From an uncultured Dehalococcoidia bacterium (GTDB lineage Bacteria > Chloroflexota > Dehalococcoidia > Lucifugimonadales > CAZDRU01): a DNA stretch of 64,000 nt. Location: assembly GCA_964508175.1 (NCBI GenBank), contig CAZDRU010000042.1, positions 53,261-117,260 on the forward strand, given 5' to 3'. This document shows positions 9,516 through 17,893 of the stretch, in pieces (within the stretch, counting starts at the first letter, position 1; every line of letters starts with the position of its first letter). Below the pieces are notes generated by a model. That model did not search any database. It was not told the origin of the DNA and worked only from the letters and a program-made list of their open reading frames with translations. The position numbers and the translations under genes were made by a program.

Positions 9516-10667
9516 ATGGAAAAACATTTCGAAATAACCAAGAAAAACGGGAAAATTAGAACCGGAATATTACATACTTCTCATGGAAGTATAGAAACCC
9601 CTGCTTTCGCTCCAACTGCTACTATAGGTGTTATGAAAAGCCTTCTACCTACAGAAGTCATTGAATGTAATGTCCCAATGTTACTAGCTAATCTATATCA
9701 TCTTTATTTACGTCCTGGAATTAATTTAATTGAAAATTTTGGAGGCTTACATAAATTCATGAAATGGGAACGCCCAATTTTAACAGATAGTGGAGGATTT
9801 CAAGCATTCAGCTTATCAAATCTTGTAAAACTAAATAATAGTGGAATTACTTTTCGTTCTCATATTGATGGAACAAGTCATTTATTCACACCTAAAAAAG
9901 CATATGAATATCAAAAAAGATTAGGTTCTGATATTATAATGTGCCTTGATCACTGTGTCTCATTTCAAACGAATAAAACAGAATTAGAAATGGCTGTCGA
10001 TAGAACAAGTAAATGGGCACAAATCACTCGCGATTTACATTCATCAACAACACAAAAACTATTTGGAATAATACAAGGAGGAACTTCTAAAGAACTCCGT
10101 ATTAAATCAACAAAAGTTATGTTGGATTTAAATTTTGATGGATATGCAATAGGAGGATTAGCTGTAGGAGAACCTAAAAAAACTATGTATTCAATGTTAG
10201 ATCATATAATTCCTGCTTTGCCCGAAAAAAAACCACGCTATCTAATGGGAGTAGGAGCTCCAGATAATCTCGTTGAAGGAGTTGCAAGAGGAATAGATTT
10301 ATTCGATTGTGCACTTCCTTCTCGAGTAGCTCGAACAGGTGCAATTTTTACCTGGGAAAAGAGAATTAATATTCTGAAAAAAGAATTCAAAGATCTAGAT
10401 GTTCCATTAATAGATAATTGTAAATGTATTGCATGCAAAAATTTTCCTATTGCATACATCCATCACTTATTTAAAATAAATGATCCTCTGGGATTGCGAT
10501 TAGCAACTATACATAATCTAGTGTTTATTCAAGAATTAATGAATAAAATAAGAAAATCTATTCATGAAGAAAATTTTCTTGAATTTAAAAAAGAATTTCT
10601 AAAAAATTACACTCCCCCAAATGAAGAAGCTCGACTAAGTTTTATACAAAAGAAAAAATTATTATAA
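9516..10667 (+). CDS. tgt: Queuine tRNA-ribosyltransferase
   Basis: TPAFAPTAT, LTDSGGFQ, YAIGGLAVGE, zinc motif CKCIACKNF...H. The ATG at 9516 is preferred over the TTG at 9504. Confidence 0.95.
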   Translation: MEKHFEITKKNGKIRTGILHTSHGSIETPAFAPTATIGVMKSLLPTEVIECNVPMLLANLYHLYLRPGINLIENFGGLHKFMKWERPILTDSGGFQAFSLSNLVKLNNSGITFRSHIDGTSHLFTPKKAYEYQKRLGSDIIMCLDHCVSFQTNKTELEMAVDRTSKWAQITRDLHSSTTQKLFGIIQGGTSKELRIKSTKVMLDLNFDGYAIGGLAVGEPKKTMYSMLDHIIPALPEKKPRYLMGVGAPDNLVEGVARGIDLFDCALPSRVARTGAIFTWEKRINILKKEFKDLDVPLIDNCKCIACKNFPIAYIHHLFKINDPLGLRLATIHNLVFIQELMNKIRKSIHEENFLEFKKEFLKNYTPPNEEARLSFIQKKKLL

Positions 10668-10682
10668 AAAATCTAATCAGTA

Positions 10683-10958
10683 TCATCCACCAGCAACAGC
10701 TGGAACAATACTTACTTCATCTCGAGATTCTGTAACAGTTTCTAATCCATTAAGAAAACGAATATCTTCTCCATTAAGATATATATTAATAAATTCTTTT
10801 AATTTACCTTCATCATCTAATAATCGATTTTTGAAACCTTCAAACTGCTTATCTAAATTATCAATAAGTTCTCCAATCGAAGCTGCTTCTATTTCTGCTT
10901 TATCTTGTCCCTGAGTTATTTTACGCAATGGCGTAGGTATTCTCACAAGAATAGTCAT
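10683..10958 (-). CDS. CysO/MoaD/ThiS-family sulfur-carrier protein ending in Gly-Gly
   Basis: 91 aa. IPTPLRKITQGQ, FINIYLNGEDIRF, C-terminus SIVPAVAGG followed directly by the stop. Closely resembles my recollection of M. tuberculosis CysO. Confidence 0.85.
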   Translation of the reverse strand: MTILVRIPTPLRKITQGQDKAEIEAASIGELIDNLDKQFEGFKNRLLDDEGKLKEFINIYLNGEDIRFLNGLETVTESRDEVSIVPAVAGG

Positions 10959-10991
10959 AAAAGAATTCCCTCCTCATTTTTAATACTAACT

Positions 10992-11234
10992 TTATCCTGC
11001 AATAACATCTCCCTGAATAGGCTCTACTATGACTCCCTCTTCCTTCATCCAATTTAAGCCTTTCTCTATTTCGGCTTCCGTTCCTTCTAATTCAAGAACA
11101 ACCCAACCTAAAGAATCATGAATTTCTGCCCTTCTAATATTAGTAACAATATCAAAAGATTTTCCTAAATAATATATTACCGGTTTTTGAATTAATTTGG
11201 TAGAAAATGTAAATTTAACTTTTCTGGCAACCAT
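10992..11234 (-). CDS. Stand-alone NIL-domain protein
   Basis: 80 aa. The pattern VKFTFSTKLIQKPVIYYL...NIRRAEI...GWVVLELEGTEAEIEKGLNWMKEEGVIVE matches the NIL (MetN C-terminal-like) ferredoxin-fold domain. Confidence 0.7.
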   Translation of the reverse strand: MVARKVKFTFSTKLIQKPVIYYLGKSFDIVTNIRRAEIHDSLGWVVLELEGTEAEIEKGLNWMKEEGVIVEPIQGDVIAG

Positions 11235-11244
11235 AATTCCTCCT

Positions 11245-12474
11245 CTACGTTAATTTACTATATATATTTTCAAATTCCGAAAATGTAGGAGAGATTTCTA
11301 TAGGGTTTACTACAGACTCAACTACTTCTTGTGTTTTCAATCCATTCCCCGTTATAAAAGCAATAACGCTTTCAGATTTTTTAATGCGTTTTTCTTTAAC
11401 TAAATTTTGCAATGACGAAATAACTACTCCTCCAGCTGTTTCAGTAAAAATTCCTTCAGTTTCTGCTAAGAGTTTTATCCCTTCACTTATTTCAGATTCT
11501 GGGACAGCAATAGCACTTCCATCAGATTCTTTAATAAGTTTTAAAGCATAAATTCCATCAGCAGGATTGCCGATAGCAAGAGAATGTGCAACCGTATTCG
11601 GTTTTACTGGAATAATTTGAGGAGATTTTTCATTCCATGCTGATACTATTGGAGAACATCCTTCAGGCTGAGCAAGATGCATATGAGTATTTACTTTACC
11701 ATTCAATAAACCGAGATCATAAAATTCCTCAAAACCTTTCCAAATTTTAGTATATAAAGCACCAGAAGCAGCTGGAACAACTGCATGATCTGGAGTTTGC
11801 CAACCAAATTGTTCTGCAGCTTCAAAGCCCAAAGTTTTACTTCCTTCTGCATAATAAGGTCTCATATTTATATTCACAAATGCCCATTTATAATTATCGG
11901 CAATTTCACTACATAATCTATTTACATCATCATAAGTTCCATTAACTGAAACTAACGTAGCCCCATATATAGCTGCCCCAATAATTTTCCCTTTTTCTAA
12001 ATTTGATGGAATAAAAACAACGCCTCTCATTCCTCCTCTAGATGCGTGTGCACCAACAGAACCAGCTAGATTTCCTGTAGAAGCACAGGCTAATGTATCA
12101 ATGTTGAATTCTTTAGCTTTTGTTGCAGCCACAGAAACCACTCTGTCTTTAAATGAATAAGAAGGATTAACACTATCATTTTTTAAATATAAATTATCTA
12201 ATCCAAGAATTTTTCCTAAATTCTTAGCATGTAACAATGGGGTAAAACCTGCCTGAAGATCAACTACATGTTCATAAGAACTAGGCAATAGATCTTTATA
12301 TCTCCAAATACTTAGCGGACCTTCAATAATTCTTTGACGAGAAATTATCTCTTTGATTTTCTTAAAATCATATTCAACATCGAGAGGGCCAAAACAATAA
12401 TCACAAACATTTATTGGACTTATTGGAAACTCTGAACGGCATTCACGACAAATAAGAAATTTTGTAAAAGTCAT
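11245..12474 (-). CDS. Threonine-synthase-like fold-type II PLP enzyme with N-terminal zinc ribbon
   Basis: CRECRSEF...CDYCFGPL ribbon. PLP-lysine motif NPSYSFKDR. GNLAGSVGAHA. Glycine-rich loop region. 409 aa. Confidence 0.85.
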   Translation of the reverse strand: MTFTKFLICRECRSEFPISPINVCDYCFGPLDVEYDFKKIKEIISRQRIIEGPLSIWRYKDLLPSSYEHVVDLQAGFTPLLHAKNLGKILGLDNLYLKNDSVNPSYSFKDRVVSVAATKAKEFNIDTLACASTGNLAGSVGAHASRGGMRGVVFIPSNLEKGKIIGAAIYGATLVSVNGTYDDVNRLCSEIADNYKWAFVNINMRPYYAEGSKTLGFEAAEQFGWQTPDHAVVPAASGALYTKIWKGFEEFYDLGLLNGKVNTHMHLAQPEGCSPIVSAWNEKSPQIIPVKPNTVAHSLAIGNPADGIYALKLIKESDGSAIAVPESEISEGIKLLAETEGIFTETAGGVVISSLQNLVKEKRIKKSESVIAFITGNGLKTQEVVESVVNPIEISPTFSEFENIYSKLT

Positions 12475-12684
12475 TTATTTTGTATTTTTACCTTAAGAAT
12501 AAAACTATCTGAAACTGTAATGAATATGAAATAATCGTAACAATGATACTTTTAGGTTGTCAATAGCAACTAAATGTCAATTAATTAATAATTTTTGAAA
12601 ATATCTATTAACATTTTTGTTGTTTTGAAATAATATATGTTGGTTTGCATAATATATTTGAACATTTATGAATAAAATAAAAAC

Positions 12685-13710
12685 ATGGGAAAATTAATCA
12701 ATTTAAACCGGAAATTAAATTTTGATGAAGTGCTAATAATTCCATCCGCTTCAGATATTAATTCACGAAATGATATTAATTTAATCAATTCATATAAATT
12801 GCCTATTTCGGGAATCAATTGGACTGGAATACCTATAATTGCTTCAAATATGGACTATGTTGGAACTTTGGATATGGCAAATATTCTCCAAGAAAAAAAA
12901 TTACTTACTGCCCTAACCAAATTTCATAAACAATCAGATTTAATTAATGCTTTAAATAATAAAGTTGATATAAACTATGCCTTACCCACATTTGGAATAG
13001 ACACTCCCAAAAATATCATAAATTTTATATCTAATTTAATAATAGAAAGTAACACCGAAAATTTAATAGTTGTCTTTGATATAGCTAACGGGTATATCAA
13101 AACATTTCATAAACTCATTAAAGAAATTCGAAAAGAACTGCCAAAACTTGGAATATTTGCAGGCAATATAGTAACAGGAGAAGGAGTAAAACTCTTAGCT
13201 GATGCAGGAGTCGATGCAGTAAAAATTGGAATTGGTTCTGGTTCAGTATGTACAACTTCCTCCATTACGGGAATTGGATATCCCCAATTATCTGCAATAT
13301 TAGATTGTTCAGAAACAATAAAAAAAGAAGGAATTTTATCTATTTCTGATGGAGGCATTAAAGTAATCGGTGATATAGCTAAAGCTTATGTAGCAGGAGC
13401 AGATTTTGTAATGATTGGAGGATTACTAGCTGGACATACTGAAGGAAACGCACCAACAGTAATAAAAAACAATGTTTTATTTCACAAATACCATGGAATG
13501 AGCTCACAAGATGCAATGGAATTACATTACGAAACTGTTCCTAAATATAGAACTGCTGAAGGAGTATCTAAATTAATAAAAGATAAAGGAAATGTTTCAA
13601 CAACTATCGAGGCTATATTAGGAGGTTTACGATCAACCTGTTCCTATGTAAATGCAAAAAATATCAGAGAACTTTCAGAAAAAGGAAATTTCATTAGAAT
13701 CACCTCTTAA
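12685..13710 (+). CDS. guaC: GMP reductase
   Basis: LNFDEVLIIPSASDINSRNDI...WTGIPIIASNMDYVGT, GIGSGSVCTT, GGIKVIGDIAKA. Length and N-terminus resemble E. coli GuaC, with no CBS insertion. Confidence 0.85.
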   Translation: MGKLINLNRKLNFDEVLIIPSASDINSRNDINLINSYKLPISGINWTGIPIIASNMDYVGTLDMANILQEKKLLTALTKFHKQSDLINALNNKVDINYALPTFGIDTPKNIINFISNLIIESNTENLIVVFDIANGYIKTFHKLIKEIRKELPKLGIFAGNIVTGEGVKLLADAGVDAVKIGIGSGSVCTTSSITGIGYPQLSAILDCSETIKKEGILSISDGGIKVIGDIAKAYVAGADFVMIGGLLAGHTEGNAPTVIKNNVLFHKYHGMSSQDAMELHYETVPKYRTAEGVSKLIKDKGNVSTTIEAILGGLRSTCSYVNAKNIRELSEKGNFIRITS

Positions 13711-14280
13711 TCAAGTTAAATATCCTATAGAATTTAATCCACGCATTCTCCCTTTATTATCCATACCAAATCCAACTAACCATCTATTTTCTTCGATTCT
13801 AAAACAAAAATAATCTGCTTCCAATTCGACTGTCTCTTGAAATAATCTTCCTTGCCTACGTGCTCTTTTATCAACAAGAACTGCAATTTCAATATCTCTT
13901 TTTGTAAAATTTCTTAGAAATTCTTTAAGCCTAGTCAAAGTTACTCCTGTATCTAATAAATCGTCTAAAATTACGCATGGAGCAGATTGAACAAACTTAC
14001 TTTTAAAATCTTTTGTCGTAACAATTTCTGGTTCTTTAGCATCATAGTCATCTCCATAAGCAGAGGCAAGAACAGGAGTAATAACCCATTTGTCGGGAGA
14101 ACGCATTTCAAGTTCAGTAATAAGTTTACTTGAAAAAATCAATCCTCCTGTAAGAACAGGAACCAAATTTACTGTAGATTCTTTCTCCCATCTTTTAATT
14201 AAATTTAAAGCTAGTTCAGAAATTTTTTGATCAATAACTCGTGAATCCCACAATATATTAAAAGTTGAATCATCTAACAT
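13711..14280 (-). CDS. Hypoxanthine/guanine phosphoribosyltransferase-like protein
   Basis: PRPP-binding motif VILDDLLDTGVTL. C-terminal WLVGFGMDNKGRMRGL resembles the Hpt VGYGLDY..YR motif. Confidence 0.7.
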   Translation of the reverse strand: MLDDSTFNILWDSRVIDQKISELALNLIKRWEKESTVNLVPVLTGGLIFSSKLITELEMRSPDKWVITPVLASAYGDDYDAKEPEIVTTKDFKSKFVQSAPCVILDDLLDTGVTLTRLKEFLRNFTKRDIEIAVLVDKRARRQGRLFQETVELEADYFCFRIEENRWLVGFGMDNKGRMRGLNSIGYLT

Positions 14281-14285
14281 AATTT

Positions 14286-15230
14286 TTATCCTTCCTTCTT
14301 AAAAGTTTTTCCAAGTGATTGAGGTTGATTACCAAAAATTAATGATTGTATATAAAGAGGCATCCATTTATATTGTTTCTTATTAAAAAATTGGATACTA
14401 ATTAATATAAGTATCATTAAAGGAAATGGAATCAAAGGTATAACCTGAGATAACCCAACTGTTACTGACTGAAGATTTAACGCTAAAACTCCCAATGCCC
14501 CAAATGCATAAACACCAATAGCACTTCTAATAGGATTCCATCCTCCAAATATTACAATTGCCAATACTATCCATCCATAATTAGCGGTATGTCCGTCTGA
14601 CCAACCATATTTCGCATGAAGTGAAAATGCTGCCCCTCCAATCCCTATTAAAACTCCCCCAATAATTGTGTAAAGTAAGCGTATTTGATAAACATTTAAT
14701 CCTCGAGAATTTGCAGATAAAGGATTTTCTCCTACAGATCTTAATTCTAATCCCCATCGAGTTCTAAATAAAAAAAGCCACACTAATGGGATACTCAATA
14801 AAGAACTGATAACTAAAGGGTTCTGATTAAAAAAAACAGTTCCAATAATTGGAATATCACTTAATAATGGGATTTCCAAATCAGTAAAATAAGGGCCTGG
14901 TAATCTAACGAATTTTTGACCAAGATAACTACTAAATTTCGATAAAAATATAGTAAGAACAAAGCCAATAGCTATTTGATTCAAATACAATTTCAAATCA
15001 CATACTGCAATAATTGCTGCAATACCCCCTCCAACTAAACCAGCACTTAACACGCCTATCAAAGGACTACCTAATAAATATGCTACCGCAAATCCAGTTA
15101 ATGCTGTAATTAATAATGTTCCTTCTAGTGATAAATTAATAATTCCAACTCTTTCAGAAATAGTCTCTCCTAAAACAGCAAATATTAATGGAGTACTAAA
15201 AGAAATTAATGTTGCTAAAGTTGTTTCCAT
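14286..15230 (-). CDS. ABC transporter permease (BMP/nucleoside-type, second permease)
   Basis: 314 aa polytopic protein of the branched-chain/ribose-type permease family. Lies in an operon with the BMP lipoprotein and a double-NBD ATPase. Confidence 0.8.
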   Translation of the reverse strand: METTLATLISFSTPLIFAVLGETISERVGIINLSLEGTLLITALTGFAVAYLLGSPLIGVLSAGLVGGGIAAIIAVCDLKLYLNQIAIGFVLTIFLSKFSSYLGQKFVRLPGPYFTDLEIPLLSDIPIIGTVFFNQNPLVISSLLSIPLVWLFLFRTRWGLELRSVGENPLSANSRGLNVYQIRLLYTIIGGVLIGIGGAAFSLHAKYGWSDGHTANYGWIVLAIVIFGGWNPIRSAIGVYAFGALGVLALNLQSVTVGLSQVIPLIPFPLMILILISIQFFNKKQYKWMPLYIQSLIFGNQPQSLGKTFKKEG

Positions 15231-15231
15231 T

Positions 15232-16275
15232 TTATTTAAATTTACTCCATATTTTTAATCCAATAAATTGTTCAATTTTTAAAGATTTAATAATCAACCA
15301 AACTAATACAAAAGAAGCTTGAATTATTCCAGATAAACTAGAATGTAACCCAAGTTTAAGTTGCAATTGAGATCCACCTACTAATAAAGCTCCAAATATA
15401 AAACTAACTAGAAGAACAATAGAAGGATTTCTAGCAGCAAGTAAAACAATAAGTATACTCAAAAACCCATAACCTCCAGAAATAGAAGGAACCAATTTAT
15501 GATAAATACCAGAAGCAAGCACAACACCTGCCAAGCCTCCTAAACCTCCAGAAAATGCAAAAGAATAAAAAATATATTTCTGTTCACTAATATTATATTT
15601 CAAACCTGCAAGTGGATTAATTCCAAAAGATCGTAATCGAAGACCAAAAATAGTTTTTTTCAAAACAATTAATACTATAATAAATGCAAATAAAGATAAT
15701 ACTATTGGAATTAACGGAAAATCATATGAGGTAAACAAAGGCAACCATGATTCAACAGGAAAAATATCTGTGCCACTTGTTGAAGCAATACCTTCACGTT
15801 TCCATGGGCCAATAACAAGATACACTACTAATCCAGCCATAACGAAATCTAATGCAAGTCCAGCAAAAATTTCATGAACATTAGTTTTTGCTTTTAAAAC
15901 TGCACATAAAACACCAACAATTGATCCCATAACTGCACCTGAAAAAACTTCGACTACCGGAGAAAATGATTGATCTCCAATAGCTGATCTTGCAACAAAA
16001 CTAGCACCAATAGCCCCAGCAATAATTTGACCTTCTATCCCAATATTCCATAAGCCACCAGAAAAAGTTATAACCAATCCAAAAGAAGCTAAAGCTATAA
16101 CTGAAGTAATTACTATTGTTCGAAAAATTTTATCAGTAGTACCAAATGAACCCTCTAAAAGAGTTATAAACACTTCAAAAGGTGATGTTCCTAAAACCCA
16201 TAATAAACAACTCACAATAATCATTGTTAAAAAGAAAGGAATGATTCCTTGAATTATAATTTTTTTCGCTTTCAT
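15232..16275 (-). CDS. ABC transporter permease (BMP/nucleoside-type, first permease)
   Basis: 347 aa polytopic protein. Overlaps the ATPase gene by 4 nt. Confidence 0.8.
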   Translation of the reverse strand: MKAKKIIIQGIIPFFLTMIIVSCLLWVLGTSPFEVFITLLEGSFGTTDKIFRTIVITSVIALASFGLVITFSGGLWNIGIEGQIIAGAIGASFVARSAIGDQSFSPVVEVFSGAVMGSIVGVLCAVLKAKTNVHEIFAGLALDFVMAGLVVYLVIGPWKREGIASTSGTDIFPVESWLPLFTSYDFPLIPIVLSLFAFIIVLIVLKKTIFGLRLRSFGINPLAGLKYNISEQKYIFYSFAFSGGLGGLAGVVLASGIYHKLVPSISGGYGFLSILIVLLAARNPSIVLLVSFIFGALLVGGSQLQLKLGLHSSLSGIIQASFVLVWLIIKSLKIEQFIGLKIWSKFK

Positions 16276-17795
16276 TTTTGTGTAAATACTTTCTTATTAC
16301 CAGAAATAAGATTCATAATTTTTGTCTTTGACATTTCACTAACAGAAGCATGTCCAATAACTTCATCCCCATAAAAACAAAGAATATAATCAGCATTATT
16401 ATAAATTTCATCAACATCTACTGAAGAAAATACCGTTAATAATCTAGAACTTTTCATTAATGTTAATTCATTCCAAATATAACTAGCAGAACGCAAATCT
16501 AAGCCCCGAGTCGGTTGTTCAAGTAAAAGTATATTTGTTTTATCAGGAATGAGTCCAAGCATCAATCTCTGTTGATTTCCTCCAGAAAGATCTTTAGTTA
16601 AAGAATGTAGATTTCCTTTAATTTTAAACTTCCTAATCAAAGAATTAGCTTTCTTTTTAACAATATTCCAATTAATTATTGTAGTATTATTCAAAGTTAA
16701 AGCTACATGATCTATTATCATTAAATCAGGGAAAAGGCCTCGTTCCAATCTATCTGCAGGAACATAACAAAACTGTGAATTATTATTAATAATCTCTCCA
16801 GTTTTCTTTCTAATTATTATATTATTTTCTAATGACTGTTTTGCATAATTAGAAGCAAAAAATTTCTGAACAAACTTATCAGCTCCAGAACCTTGTAATC
16901 CTACTATTCCTATAAGCGAATGTGGAGGGCATTCTATATGTATTGGATCAGAATTATTTGAATCAATTTTTTGAAAAAATTCTAAATTAATTATCTCATC
17001 TTGTATTTCTTTAGAATCAAAAACTTTTCTTTTTTTAACGATATCATTTTTATTTACTTTTTTGTCTTTCTTAATAACTTCCTTATTTTCCTCTCCAAAC
17101 ATCAATTTCACAATTTTTTCCGAATTACAAGGAAGTTTAATTGTATCAACCACTATACCGTTCCTCATAATAGTAGCTCTATCACAAATTTCTATTATTT
17201 CTTCTAATTTATGTGAAACTAACACAATCGTATAACCCTTATCAGCAAGTTTTCTTAAATTAGAAAATACGAGCAAACGTTGATCGATAGAAAATCCAGC
17301 AGTTGGTTCATCTAAAATAATCATACGGACGCCATTAAAAAGAAGTCTAATTAACTCTAATTGTTGTCTTTCTCCAATAGAAAGATTTTTTACTAATTGA
17401 TTATGACTAACAGAAAACCCAAATTCTGCCGAATATTCGACTAATTTTTCCTTAACAAATTTTATATTAAGAAAATAATTCCTATCAGGATTACCCACAA
17501 AAAAACTATCTAAAACTGTAAAGTTACCAAAATCCAAAGGGTCTTGAGCTAAAATGCCAATCCCATAATTATTTGATGACTTTGTCGAACCTAATACTAA
17601 ATTTTCTCCATCAATTAAAATGTTTCCTGCATCAGGCTTTAATTGTCCTGCAAGAATTTTTATTAACGTCGATTTACCTGCTCCATTTTCTCCTATTAAT
17701 CCATGAATTGAACCTTTAGGAATTTTGACAGAAACATCTGAATTAGCTAAAAGCTTACCAAATTTTTTTGTTATATTTATAAATTGAATAGACAT
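16272..17795 (-). CDS. ABC transporter ATP-binding protein with two fused NBDs (RbsA/NupA-like)
   Basis: Walker A GENGAGKST, signature LSIGERQQ, Walker B MIILDEPT. The second NBD has LSGGNQQR and a Lys-rich linker. Confidence 0.9.
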   Translation of the reverse strand: MSIQFINITKKFGKLLANSDVSVKIPKGSIHGLIGENGAGKSTLIKILAGQLKPDAGNILIDGENLVLGSTKSSNNYGIGILAQDPLDFGNFTVLDSFFVGNPDRNYFLNIKFVKEKLVEYSAEFGFSVSHNQLVKNLSIGERQQLELIRLLFNGVRMIILDEPTAGFSIDQRLLVFSNLRKLADKGYTIVLVSHKLEEIIEICDRATIMRNGIVVDTIKLPCNSEKIVKLMFGEENKEVIKKDKKVNKNDIVKKRKVFDSKEIQDEIINLEFFQKIDSNNSDPIHIECPPHSLIGIVGLQGSGADKFVQKFFASNYAKQSLENNIIIRKKTGEIINNNSQFCYVPADRLERGLFPDLMIIDHVALTLNNTTIINWNIVKKKANSLIRKFKIKGNLHSLTKDLSGGNQQRLMLGLIPDKTNILLLEQPTRGLDLRSASYIWNELTLMKSSRLLTVFSSVDVDEIYNNADYILCFYGDEVIGHASVSEMSKTKIMNLISGNKKVFTQK

Positions 17796-17803
17796 TTCAC
17801 AAC

Positions 17804-17843
17804 AAAATTGGCGATTTCCTTTTCACGAGAAATCGCCAATTTT
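17804..17843 (-). terminator. Perfect 15-bp hairpin between the BMP lipoprotein gene and the ABC ATPase gene (intra-operon attenuator/terminator or mRNA stabiliser)
   Basis: AAAATTGGCGATTTC (17804-17818), 10-nt loop, GAAATCGCCAATTTT (17829-17843). On the minus-strand transcript the stem is followed by UUUUGUUGUG. Confidence 0.5.
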
Positions 17844-17893
17844 AAACATCCTAAAATATAAATAAATATTTTATATTTTTATGTAATTTGAAA

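Noticed and set aside
8643-12474. A functional link between the TauE/SafE-like permease and the CysO/NIL/ThrC-like cassette as one sulfur system.
   Set aside because: They are separated by the unrelated, oppositely oriented tgt gene. The TauE assignment is itself only moderate. Proximity alone is not sufficient evidence.
12475-12684. A purine riboswitch upstream of guaC, or a SAM-type riboswitch upstream of the ThrC-like cassette.
   Set aside because: I could not find the conserved junction or loop sequences of either class on the relevant strand. A covariance-model scan is needed before claiming or fully excluding one.
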